From Thermoanaerobaculia bacterium (GTDB lineage: Bacteria; Acidobacteriota; Thermoanaerobaculia; UBA5066; Gp7-AA6), in contig DATJXB010000067.1 of the NCBI GenBank assembly GCA_035500755.1, positions 36,023-100,022 of the forward strand: DNA of 64,000 nt, read 5' to 3'. Both the position numbers and the translations under genes were made by a program. This document shows positions 1-7,359 of this stretch, piece after piece; position 1 is the stretch's first letter; each line of letters begins with the position of its first letter. Below the pieces are notes generated by a model. It saw only the letters and a list, made by a program, of their open reading frames with translations. It searched no databases and was not told where the DNA came from.

Positions 1-238
1 CGTCGGCGGAGGCGTGGCAGTTCGGGACCCGCACGATCACCGGCAGCGACGCTCCCTCGGCGCCGCGCACCATCCGCTCGACGGACTCCGGGTTGAAGTA
101 GCCGTGCTCGGTGTCGACGACCGAAAAGTCGAAACCGGCGAGGCCGAGCACCTCGAGCGATCCCTCGACGGGCCAGGTCAGGAAGGCGCCGAGGAGAGGC
201 GCGCCGGAGAGGACGCGGGAGCGGAAGGTGTCGGACAT
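1..238 (-). CDS. HpcH/HpaI-family aldolase (2-keto-3-deoxy-acid aldolase / citrate-lyase-beta-like); N-terminal part only, gene runs off the left edge of the window
   Basis: Reverse complement of 1-238 reads from ATG (cat at 236-238) as MSDTFRSRVLSGAPLLGAFLTWPVEGSLEVLGLAGFDFSVVDTEHGYFNPESVERMVRGAEGASLPVIVRVPN. The LGxFL...GFDFxxVDxEHG motif is typical of HpcH/HpaI aldolases. Absent from the ORF table because it is truncated. Confidence 0.55.
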   Translation of the reverse strand, partial: MSDTFRSRVLSGAPLLGAFLTWPVEGSLEVLGLAGFDFSVVDTEHGYFNPESVERMVRGAEGASLPVIVRVPNCHASAD

Positions 239-245
239 CGACTCG

Positions 246-287
246 CCCCCCTCACCCTTGCCCTCTCCCCCCAAGGGGAGGAGAGGG
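246..287. repeat. Copy 1 of a ~40-bp C/G-rich palindromic repeat family (CCCCTCACCC..CCCTCTCCC..GGGAGAGGG); intergenic, between the aldolase start and the ChlI-like gene stop
   Basis: cccccctcacccttgccctctccccccaaggggaggagaggg. Internal inverted repeat ccctctcc / ggagaggg. Near-identical copies at 48257-48300, 58979-59015 (opposite strand) and 63499-63535 (opposite orientation). Confidence 0.8.
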
Positions 288-318
288 AATCTGAGGGAAG
301 CCGGTGGTCGCAAGCATC

Positions 319-1872
319 TCAGTTGGCCCGGTTCTTGACCAGGTTGAACTTCAGCATCTCCGTGTAGGAGATCCGCGAGTCGAGGTCCTCGCGCGCGATC
401 TTCAGGTGCTGCGTCAGCCCCTCGAGGACGAGCTCCATGCCGATGGCGAGCTCCTCTTTCGACGCCGGAGAGAAGTGTTCCTCGACCGCTTTCTTCAGGC
501 CCGGCACGGATTCGAGCGCCTTCAGGTGCTCGGCGAAGGGCGTTTCGTCGGAGATCGTGACGCGGTTGTCGGCGGCGAACCAGGCGGCGATCGGCTCGTA
601 GAGCGGGTGAATTTTCTCGGGCGGGGGCGTCGCCTGCCGCGCGCGGCGGACGGGCCCGGCCGTCTCCTCGTCGTCGTCGAGCTCCGGGCGGCGCCGCTCG
701 GTCGGGCGCCCCGCGTCCGGCGCCGGGAACTTCGCGTCGAAGAGCTTCTTGACCGCCGCCCCAATGAGCTTCTTGGCGATCACCTCGGCGCCCTGCTGCT
801 CGCCCTCGTAGACCATCTCGACCTTGCCGGTGATGGCCGGGAGCGTCGCCGGCAGGTCGCAGAGGCGCGGCGCCACGCGCGCCTCGCCGTGGACGAGCCC
901 GCGCCGCTCGAGGTTCGAGACGAGGATCTCGAGCGCCGAGATCGGCATGCGCGCGGACACGCCCGAGGACTGGTCGACGAACTCGGAGCCGCGCGCCGCG
1001 AACGCGATCTCCTCGACGAGCTCGCGGAAGAGCTCCGGGATCTCGATCGAGGGGCCGCCGGCGCGGTCGACCCACGCCTCCTGGGCCGTGATCTTCGCGG
1101 CCGTCTTCACGTCGTCCGGGTAGTGCGTGAAGATCTGCGACGAGATCCGGTCCTTCAGCGGCGTGATGATGTTGCCGCGGTTCGTGTAGTCCTCGGGGTT
1201 GGCCGAGAAGACGAGCAGGATGTCGAGCGGGATCCGCACCGGGAAGCCGCGGATCTGGAGGTCGCGCTCCTCGAGGATGTTCAGCAGGCCGACCTGGATG
1301 CGGGGCTGGAGGTCGGGCAGCTCGTTGATGGCGAAGATGCCGCGGTTGGTCCGCGGCACGATGCCGAAGTGGATGACTTCCTCGTCGGCGTAGGAGCGGC
1401 GCTCGGTGGCGGCCTTGATCGGGTCGATGTCGCCGATCAGGTCGGCGATCGAGACGTCCGGGGTCGCGAGCTTCTCGCGGTATCGGTCGGACCGCGGGAT
1501 CCACGCAATCGGGGCCGCATCGCCCTTTTCGGCGAGGATGCGCTGCCCGTACTTGGTGATCGGCAGGAGCGGGTCCTCGTTGAGTTCGCTGCCGGCGATC
1601 GCCGGGATCTCGGGATCGAGCAGGTTGACGAGCAGGCGCAGCAGCCGCGTCTTGGCCTGGCCGCGCAGGCCGAGGAGCAGGAAGTCGTGCCGCGACAGGA
1701 CGGCGTTCGAAAGCGCCGGCAGGACCGTCCGCTCGTAGCCGTGGATTCCGGGGAACGGTTTCTCGCCGCGGGAGAGCGCGCGCTTCAGGTTGTCGCGCAA
1801 CTCGTCCTTGACGCTGCGGGATCGGTATCCGGTCGCCTTGAGTTCGCCGAGGGTCTGGGGTTTCTTGGTCAC
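319..1872 (-). CDS. ChlI/BchI-like AAA+ ATPase (Mg-chelatase-related family) with a degenerate Walker A
   Basis: 517-aa ORF. Contains the ...FAINELPDLQPRIQVGLLNILEERDLQIRGFPVRIPLDILLVFSANPEDYTNRGNIITPLKDRI... block typical of ChlI/MoxR-type ATPases (sensor/arginine-finger region). Walker A is GLRGQAKT, not canonical GxxGxGKT. Confidence 0.7.
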   Translation of the reverse strand: MTKKPQTLGELKATGYRSRSVKDELRDNLKRALSRGEKPFPGIHGYERTVLPALSNAVLSRHDFLLLGLRGQAKTRLLRLLVNLLDPEIPAIAGSELNEDPLLPITKYGQRILAEKGDAAPIAWIPRSDRYREKLATPDVSIADLIGDIDPIKAATERRSYADEEVIHFGIVPRTNRGIFAINELPDLQPRIQVGLLNILEERDLQIRGFPVRIPLDILLVFSANPEDYTNRGNIITPLKDRISSQIFTHYPDDVKTAAKITAQEAWVDRAGGPSIEIPELFRELVEEIAFAARGSEFVDQSSGVSARMPISALEILVSNLERRGLVHGEARVAPRLCDLPATLPAITGKVEMVYEGEQQGAEVIAKKLIGAAVKKLFDAKFPAPDAGRPTERRRPELDDDEETAGPVRRARQATPPPEKIHPLYEPIAAWFAADNRVTISDETPFAEHLKALESVPGLKKAVEEHFSPASKEELAIGMELVLEGLTQHLKIAREDLDSRISYTEMLKFNLVKNRAN

Positions 1873-1912
1873 GGGGAGCTTTCTCCGGCTACCTGCCGGC
1901 GTTGCGCGAGCC

Positions 1913-2395
1913 TCAACCGGGTTTGACCTGGGGGGCCGTGTCGTCGGGGCGAAACAGGGGAGCGTGCTCCCGGCCGGCGCCCTCGGCGGCGCGCCGGGCG
2001 AAGCCCTCGAGTCGGGCGCGGTCGAAGCCCTCGACGGTCTCGGCGACGACCCCGTCGGGGCCGACGCGCACGAACGTGGGAACCGTCGTCAGGCCCAGGG
2101 CCTCGGAGGACGGCCACGGTTCGCCGTCGTACGCGGTCTCGAGGCGAGCGCCGAGCCGCTCGCCGAAGGCGCGCGTGGGCGCCGGCGCGTCCTGCGAGAC
2201 GCCGAGCACGCGGAACGAGCCGCCGTCCCCGGCGCGGCGAATGCGGTCGAGGTACGGCCACGTCAACTCGCACGTGGGGCACGTCGTCTTGAAGAAGACG
2301 TAGAGGGTCTCGCCCGCCGGGCGCGGGAAGGGAGCGCCGCGCTCGTCGCGGAGCGCCAGGGGAGGCAGCGGATCGCCGGGCTGCGGGACCGACAC
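1913..2395 (-). CDS. Thioredoxin-fold thiol-disulfide oxidoreductase (TlpA/peroxiredoxin-like, CPTC active site)
   Basis: 160 aa: ...LYVFFKTTCPTCELTWPYLDRI...VLGVSQDAP. CxxC in the thioredoxin-fold context. Confidence 0.7.
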   Translation of the reverse strand: MSVPQPGDPLPPLALRDERGAPFPRPAGETLYVFFKTTCPTCELTWPYLDRIRRAGDGGSFRVLGVSQDAPAPTRAFGERLGARLETAYDGEPWPSSEALGLTTVPTFVRVGPDGVVAETVEGFDRARLEGFARRAAEGAGREHAPLFRPDDTAPQVKPG

Positions 2396-2425
2396 GCGGG
2401 CGATTATAGACTCGCGTCACCGCGC

Positions 2426-3778
2426 ATGAAGGAAGGCTCGCGGCGCCGCTCGTCGCGCCGACAATTCGTGAAGACCGCGAGCGCCGCGCTCGCGGCGAGC
2501 GTGCTTCCCGGCCTGGCGTGCCGCCCCGCGGAACGCCGCGCCGCGGCGCCGCCGAAGAAGGCGCTGCGCATTCTCCAGTGGAGCCACTTCGTGCCGGGCT
2601 ACGACCGCTGGTTCGACGGCGTGTACACGAAGCAGTGGGGCGAGCGCCACGGCACGCAGGTCATCGTGGACCACATCGCGCCGACCGAGATCAACGCGCG
2701 CGGCGCGGCCGAGGCATCGGCGCAGAAGGGGCACGACCTCTTCCTCTTCCAGTCGCCGCCGGCCGCCTACGCGGCGCAGGTGCTCGACCTGCGCGACGTG
2801 GTCCGGGAGGTCGAGCGGCGGCACGGCAAGATGATCGAGCTCGCCGAGCGGTCCACGCTCGACCCGAAGACCGGGAAGTCCTTCGCGTTCTCGGATTCCT
2901 ACGTGCCCGATCCCGGCAACTACCGCATCGACCTCTGGAGCGAGGCCGGCTACCCGAAGGGCCCCGACTCGTGGGAAGACCTGCGGGTCGGCGGCCGGAA
3001 GATCAAGGAAAAGTTCGGCAATCCGGTCGGCCTCGGCCTGTCGCAGGAGACCGACTCGAACATGGCGCTGCGCGCGCTGCTCTGGTCCTTCGGCGGCGCG
3101 GAGACGGACGTCGACGGCCGCGTCGTCCTCAACTCGAAGGAGACGGTCGACGCGCTCGAGTTCGCGCGCGCCCTCTACCGCGAGACCGAGACGGCCGAGG
3201 TCTTTACGTGGGACCCCGCCTCCAACAACCGCGCGATGCTCGCCGGGCGCATCTCGTACGCGCAGAACGCGATCTCGATCACCCGGACGGCCGAGAAGGA
3301 GAACCCGGAGATCGCCCGGAAGATCGGGCTGACGACGGCGTTGAGAGGGCCGGTCCGCCGGATCGCGGCCGAGCATCTGATGAACTGCTACGTGATCTGG
3401 AAGTTCGCCGAGAATCCCGACGGCGCCAAACAATTTCTCGTCGACCTCATGGACGACTTCGGCTCCGTGTTCCGCGAGAGCGAGTTCTACAACTTCCCGT
3501 GCTTTCCGGCGACCGTCCCGGATCTGGCCGGCGAGCTCGCCGGCGATCCGAAGGCGGATCCCCGCGGCAAGTACTCGGCGCTCGCGACGGTTCTCGACTG
3601 GACGACCAACGTCGGCTACCCGGGCTACGCCACGCCGGCGACCGACGAGGTCTTCAGCACGTTCGTGATCCCGACGATGTTCGCGCGCGTGGCGCGCGGC
3701 GACACGCCGGCCGAGACGGCCGCGGCCGACGCCCAGAAAGAAACCGAGCGCATCTTCGCCAAGTGGCGGAAGACGTAG
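2426..3778 (+). CDS. ABC transporter extracellular solute-binding protein (carbohydrate type), TAT signal; orphan paralogue of the SBP at 17706-19040
   Basis: In-frame ATG at 2426 within ORF 1790-3778: MKEGSRRRSSRRQFVKTASAALAASVLPG... Twin-arginine motif. Alignable along its whole length with the 17706-19040 protein (ILQWSHFVP.WD.WF.G.Y.K.WG...GHDLF.F.SPPA.Y..QV.D...V...). The upstream 212 codons of the table ORF overlap the divergent thioredoxin gene and are not coding. Confidence 0.85.
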   Translation: MKEGSRRRSSRRQFVKTASAALAASVLPGLACRPAERRAAAPPKKALRILQWSHFVPGYDRWFDGVYTKQWGERHGTQVIVDHIAPTEINARGAAEASAQKGHDLFLFQSPPAAYAAQVLDLRDVVREVERRHGKMIELAERSTLDPKTGKSFAFSDSYVPDPGNYRIDLWSEAGYPKGPDSWEDLRVGGRKIKEKFGNPVGLGLSQETDSNMALRALLWSFGGAETDVDGRVVLNSKETVDALEFARALYRETETAEVFTWDPASNNRAMLAGRISYAQNAISITRTAEKENPEIARKIGLTTALRGPVRRIAAEHLMNCYVIWKFAENPDGAKQFLVDLMDDFGSVFRESEFYNFPCFPATVPDLAGELAGDPKADPRGKYSALATVLDWTTNVGYPGYATPATDEVFSTFVIPTMFARVARGDTPAETAAADAQKETERIFAKWRKT

Positions 3779-3786
3779 GGGGCGCG

Positions 3787-4203
3787 ATGTCGGAACCGGC
3801 GATCGGCGACAGCGCGGCGGTCGGCATGGCCGCGAAACCTTCGGACCTCGCGAGCGCGTTCACGCTCGGTCCGGAGGACGCTTTTCCGCCGGTCTTCGCG
3901 ACGGCCCGCATGGTCGCGCTCATGGAGCTCGCTGCCGCGCGCGTGCTTCGCCCGCACCTCGGGCCCGGCGAGTACTCGGTCGGCGTGACGGTGGACGTGA
4001 CGCACTCGGCGGCCACGCCCGAGGGCGCGCCGGTCGAGGCCACGGCCCGATACCTGGGCCGCGACGGAAAGCTCTTCGCGTTCGAGGTCGTGGCCCGCGA
4101 CGCGGGCGGCGAAGTCGGCCGCGGGACGCACCGCCGCGCGGTCGTCTCGGGCGAGCGGCTCGTCGCCGGGGCGCGACGCCGCACCGGCCTCGCGCCGGGC
4201 TGA
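3787..4203 (+). CDS. Hotdog-fold thioesterase-superfamily protein
   Basis: In-frame ATG at 3787 inside table ORF 2518-4203: MSEPAIGDSAAVGMAAKPSDLASAFTLGPEDAFPPVFATARMVALMELAAARVLRPHLGPGEYSVGVTVDVTHSAATPEGAPVEATARYLGRDGKLFAFEVVARDAGGEVGRGTHRRAVV. Pattern of small hotdog thioesterases. The rest of the 561-aa table ORF is antisense to the SBP gene. Confidence 0.5.
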   Translation: MSEPAIGDSAAVGMAAKPSDLASAFTLGPEDAFPPVFATARMVALMELAAARVLRPHLGPGEYSVGVTVDVTHSAATPEGAPVEATARYLGRDGKLFAFEVVARDAGGEVGRGTHRRAVVSGERLVAGARRRTGLAPG

Positions 4204-4217
4204 TAGGCTCCTCGGCG

Positions 4218-4511
4218 ATGACGCCTCCGGAAGAGCCCGCCGCGCTCGGACTGACGAACGCGCGCGGCCTCGGCCTCGGCCGGGTTCCCGTGCGCCTGCG
4301 CGAGCTCGGCGTGACGCTGGGCGCCTGGAGGCTCTCCCTCGACAGCGACGAGGGGGAGGGCACGGTGACGCTCATCGAGCGCGACTCGGGAGCCCTCTAT
4401 CGGGGCGACGGCGCCTGCCTGGGCTGGAGCCAGGAACGCCTCGCCGCCGCTTACGCCGCGCTCGCGCCGCGCGACGAGGCCGCGGCGCTCGAGCTCCCGC
4501 AGCTCGGCTGA
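4218..4511 (+). CDS. Hypothetical protein (97 aa)
   Basis: ORF fits the gap between the thioesterase and the convergent hemerythrin-like gene. No recognisable motif. Confidence 0.3.
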   Translation: MTPPEEPAALGLTNARGLGLGRVPVRLRELGVTLGAWRLSLDSDEGEGTVTLIERDSGALYRGDGACLGWSQERLAAAYAALAPRDEAAALELPQLG

Positions 4512-4514
4512 GCC

Positions 4515-4955
4515 TCAGAGCTCGCGAGCGGCCTTCTCGAGCGCCGCGCGCTCGCCCGCGGTCAGGGCCGTCGCCGCGGCGGGGTAGTAGACCTCGAGCA
4601 CGCCGCGCTCGTGAGCGTCGAAGCGGCGCGACAGGTTCTCCACGAGACCGAGCACGTCGGAGAGCGGCGCGGTCGCCTCGATCTGGAACCGGAGCTGGCG
4701 CGTCAACTCCCGCAGCTGCACGAACTCGAGCGTGAGCTCGCGCCGGGAGTCGCGCCCCGCGATCGGCGCCCGCTCGAGCGCCGGGACGAGGTGGCGCTCC
4801 TCTTCGGCCGTCCAGCGGCCGAGCGCCTGCTGGAAGTCGGCGAGCGCGAGTCGGTAGGCTGGCCCGTCGCGCCGCTGAAGCGCCTGCCGGAAGTCGTCGA
4901 ACCGGCTCCGAAGCGAGGCCTGCGCCGCGCGGAAGGCCGCCGTGGCATCCTCCAC
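4515..4955 (-). CDS. Hemerythrin-like (HHE cation-binding) domain protein, last gene of the fdn operon
   Basis: C-terminal 146 aa of table ORF 4515-5213: ...WTAEEERHLVPALE...SRRFDAHERGVLEVYYPAA carries H/E-rich hemerythrin-type motifs. Probable GTG start at 4953-4955, 3 nt after the fdhE stop. The N-terminal half of the table ORF overlaps fdhE out of frame. Confidence 0.45.
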   Translation of the reverse strand: MEDATAAFRAAQASLRSRFDDFRQALQRRDGPAYRLALADFQQALGRWTAEEERHLVPALERAPIAGRDSRRELTLEFVQLRELTRQLRFQIEATAPLSDVLGLVENLSRRFDAHERGVLEVYYPAAATALTAGERAALEKAAREL

Positions 4956-4957
4956 GT

Positions 4958-5773
4958 TCAGAGCCCCGCCAGGCCCGGCTCGATCCGCTCGAGGCCCTCG
5001 CGGACGGCCCAGAGGTCGAGCGACAGGCTCACGAGGTCGTCGACCTCCGGAATCGGCCGCGCGTCTTCCGACAAGTCGAGCGACTTGACGTAGCGGCGGC
5101 AGGTCTCGCAGGTCTCGAGGCGCACGGCCGGATGCTCGGGGGCCGAGAACGAAGGCAGCTTGACCGGGTCGTCTTCCCCGCAGGCGGGGCAGAGAATGCG
5201 GGCAAACGGCCATTCCCCGCCGCAGAGCGCGCAGGCGAGCAGGCGCCGGGCGCCCTCCATCGTCGAGCCCTCGCGCCGCGCCGAGACCCAGGGAAGTCCG
5301 CCGCAGAACGGACAGCGCCCCTGCTTGTGGGAGCGGTCGGGCGGCACCGGGAAGGAGCGCAGCGTCTCGACGTACGGACGCAGGATCGCGCGCGAGAGGT
5401 AGTCCTCGCGGGCGTCGCGGCCGCCGGCCCAGTAGACGAGCAGGCGCGTCCGGCGAGTGGCCGGAAGGTCGTCTCGCCGCGCCCGAGCCGCCGCGGCGAG
5501 ACCGTCGGGGCCGGCGTCGGCGGCGTAGCGCAGGAGCTCGGGGACGCGATCGAGGAACCGGTCGACGTCGTCGTCGAGGCGGCCGGTCAGCGGCGCGTCG
5601 GCGTGGGTGCGCTCGAGCGATTCGGCGACGGCCGCTTGAGCCCGGTACAGACCGGCCGCGAAGCGGAGCGGCTCTTCGACCGACGGGGTCTTTCCCGCCA
5701 GGATCTCCGCGCGGGCGGCGCGGCGCTCGAATGCCGACGCGAGGGCCGAGCCGCTAGGGGCGCCGCTCTTCAC
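4958..5773 (-). CDS. fdhE: Formate dehydrogenase accessory protein FdhE
   Basis: 271 aa with paired CxxC clusters (CPFCGG...CALCGGEW...CPACGE...CETCRRY) and FdhE-like length. Immediately downstream of fdnI with a 20-nt overlap. Confidence 0.85.
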   Translation of the reverse strand: MKSGAPSGSALASAFERRAARAEILAGKTPSVEEPLRFAAGLYRAQAAVAESLERTHADAPLTGRLDDDVDRFLDRVPELLRYAADAGPDGLAAAARARRDDLPATRRTRLLVYWAGGRDAREDYLSRAILRPYVETLRSFPVPPDRSHKQGRCPFCGGLPWVSARREGSTMEGARRLLACALCGGEWPFARILCPACGEDDPVKLPSFSAPEHPAVRLETCETCRRYVKSLDLSEDARPIPEVDDLVSLSLDLWAVREGLERIEPGLAGL

Positions 5774-6449
5774 CCGTGACTTTTCGATACCACGCCGGGT
5801 GGTGCAGCCGCGCCCACGCCCGCGTCACGGTGCCGCGGATCATCGACCCGAACGTCCCCGGCTCGGCGGCCGTCCCGAGGTAGACGTGGAAGACGAGGGA
5901 GACGGCGAAACAGATGAACGTGAAGTCGTGGATCAGGTACGCGAGCTGCATGAGGCCCTTCGGAAAGGACTGCGGAAACCACATCATCAGTCCCGAGAGC
6001 AGCAGCCCGACCGCCCCGAGGGAGACCGCCCAGAAATAGAGCTTCTGTCCGCCGTTGTACTTGCCGGTGCGCGGGTCGTCCTCCTCGTAGCGCATGTATC
6101 GGAACACGCGCGGGCCGACCCAGTCCTTTTCCCACGGCTCGAGCCGCATGTCCGAGATCCACTCGACGAATTGGACGAAGGAGGCGATGACGAACGCCAC
6201 TCCCGCCCAGGGATGGACGACGCGGCAGACCGAAAGGCCGCCGAAGAGGTGCGCCATCCAGCCGAACAGCGGCGTCCAGATCGGCATGCCGCTCAGCATC
6301 GAAACGACGAACGTCAGCGCCACCGCCCAGTGGACCAGACGGGAGTAGAGGCGGTGGCGAACGATCACGGGACCGACGACCACGTCTTCGCGCGTCCGCG
6401 CGACGGCGATCGCCGGATCCATCGGGGCGTGGGGAGCGGCGCTGCTCAT
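5754..6449 (-). CDS. fdnI: Formate dehydrogenase-N cytochrome b556 gamma subunit
   Basis: Start at internal Met (MSSAAPHAPMDP...) 19 nt after the fdnH stop, preceded by GGAGGGAACCG. Four TM helices with conserved His (RLVHWAVAL...HPWAG...LIHDFTF...FHVYLG) as in FdnI/FdoI. The first 73 codons of the table ORF overlap fdnH out of frame. Confidence 0.85.
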   Translation of the reverse strand: MSSAAPHAPMDPAIAVARTREDVVVGPVIVRHRLYSRLVHWAVALTFVVSMLSGMPIWTPLFGWMAHLFGGLSVCRVVHPWAGVAFVIASFVQFVEWISDMRLEPWEKDWVGPRVFRYMRYEEDDPRTGKYNGGQKLYFWAVSLGAVGLLLSGLMMWFPQSFPKGLMQLAYLIHDFTFICFAVSLVFHVYLGTAAEPGTFGSMIRGTVTRAWARLHHPAWYRKVTGEERRP

Positions 6450-6468
6450 CGGTTCCCTCCGTCGGCGT

Positions 6469-7350
6469 TCAAGCGGTCGGGCGGTTCGCGTTCGGGTCGT
6501 CCGGGGGCGGCACCTTGGGGCCGTACTTCGTGTAGTGCGCGAAGGCGCCGGCGACCGCGCCGAAGATCGCGAGAACGCCGATCGGCCGGAGCACCTTCTT
6601 CCAGAACTTGACGCCCCACGGCACGTGCGGGTCGGCCGGGAGGCCGTAGAGCCCGGGCTGGTCGCCAAACGCGAGCACGGTGACGACGGCCGTGCCGCCG
6701 ACGCCTGGCGGGTCGTAGACGGCGGCCTGTTTGAAGCCGCTCGCCTGGAGCTGGTGGACCCGGTTCTTCGCGAGCTCGAGCATGTCCTCCTTCGTCCCGA
6801 AGTGGAGGCAGCCCGTCGGGCAGGATTTGATGCACGCGGGCTCGAGGCCGACCGACACGCGGTCGACGCAGAGCGTGCACTTGGCCATCTTCCCCGTCGC
6901 CTGCGAGAAGCGCGGCACGTCGAACGGGCAGCCGGTCTCGCAGTACTTGCAGCCGATGCACTGGTCCGGGTTGACGTCCACGATGCCGTTGGCGTACTGC
7001 ACGATCGCGCCCGGCGCCGGGCACGCCGCGAGGCAGCCGGGCTCGTCGCAGTGCATGCACTGGTCCTTGCGCATCAGCCAGGCGAAGCCGCCTTCGAAGT
7101 CGTGCTCGTTGAACCGGATCAGGTTCCAGAATTCGGCGTGGAGGGTCGGCAGCGTCTGATAGCTCCCGACCTGCTGCGTGGCGACCGGGCCGAGGTCGTT
7201 CCACTCCTGACAGGCGACCTCGCAGGCTTTGCAGCCGATGCACGTCGTGGTGTCGATGTACTTGGAAACGGTGTCCGCGTGGCGGAGTCCCGAGAAGCTC
7301 CCGAGGACCGAGGCCGAGGAGCGGCGAAGGTCGAGCGCTTGTGTGGCCAT
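6469..7350 (-). CDS. fdnH: Formate dehydrogenase-N iron-sulfur beta subunit (4x[4Fe-4S], C-terminal TM anchor)
   Basis: 293 aa with four ferredoxin-type cysteine clusters (CIGCKACEVAC, CMHCDEPGCLAAC, CIGCKYCETGC, CTLC...CIKSC) and a C-terminal hydrophobic helix. Confidence 0.9.
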   Translation of the reverse strand: MATQALDLRRSSASVLGSFSGLRHADTVSKYIDTTTCIGCKACEVACQEWNDLGPVATQQVGSYQTLPTLHAEFWNLIRFNEHDFEGGFAWLMRKDQCMHCDEPGCLAACPAPGAIVQYANGIVDVNPDQCIGCKYCETGCPFDVPRFSQATGKMAKCTLCVDRVSVGLEPACIKSCPTGCLHFGTKEDMLELAKNRVHQLQASGFKQAAVYDPPGVGGTAVVTVLAFGDQPGLYGLPADPHVPWGVKFWKKVLRPIGVLAIFGAVAGAFAHYTKYGPKVPPPDDPNANRPTA

Positions 7351-7359
7351 CGCGTCCTC

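Noticed and set aside
14-367. 117-aa plus-strand ORF at the left edge
   Set aside because: Antisense to the HpcH/HpaI aldolase N-terminus (clear family motif on the minus strand) and runs through the intergenic repeat element.
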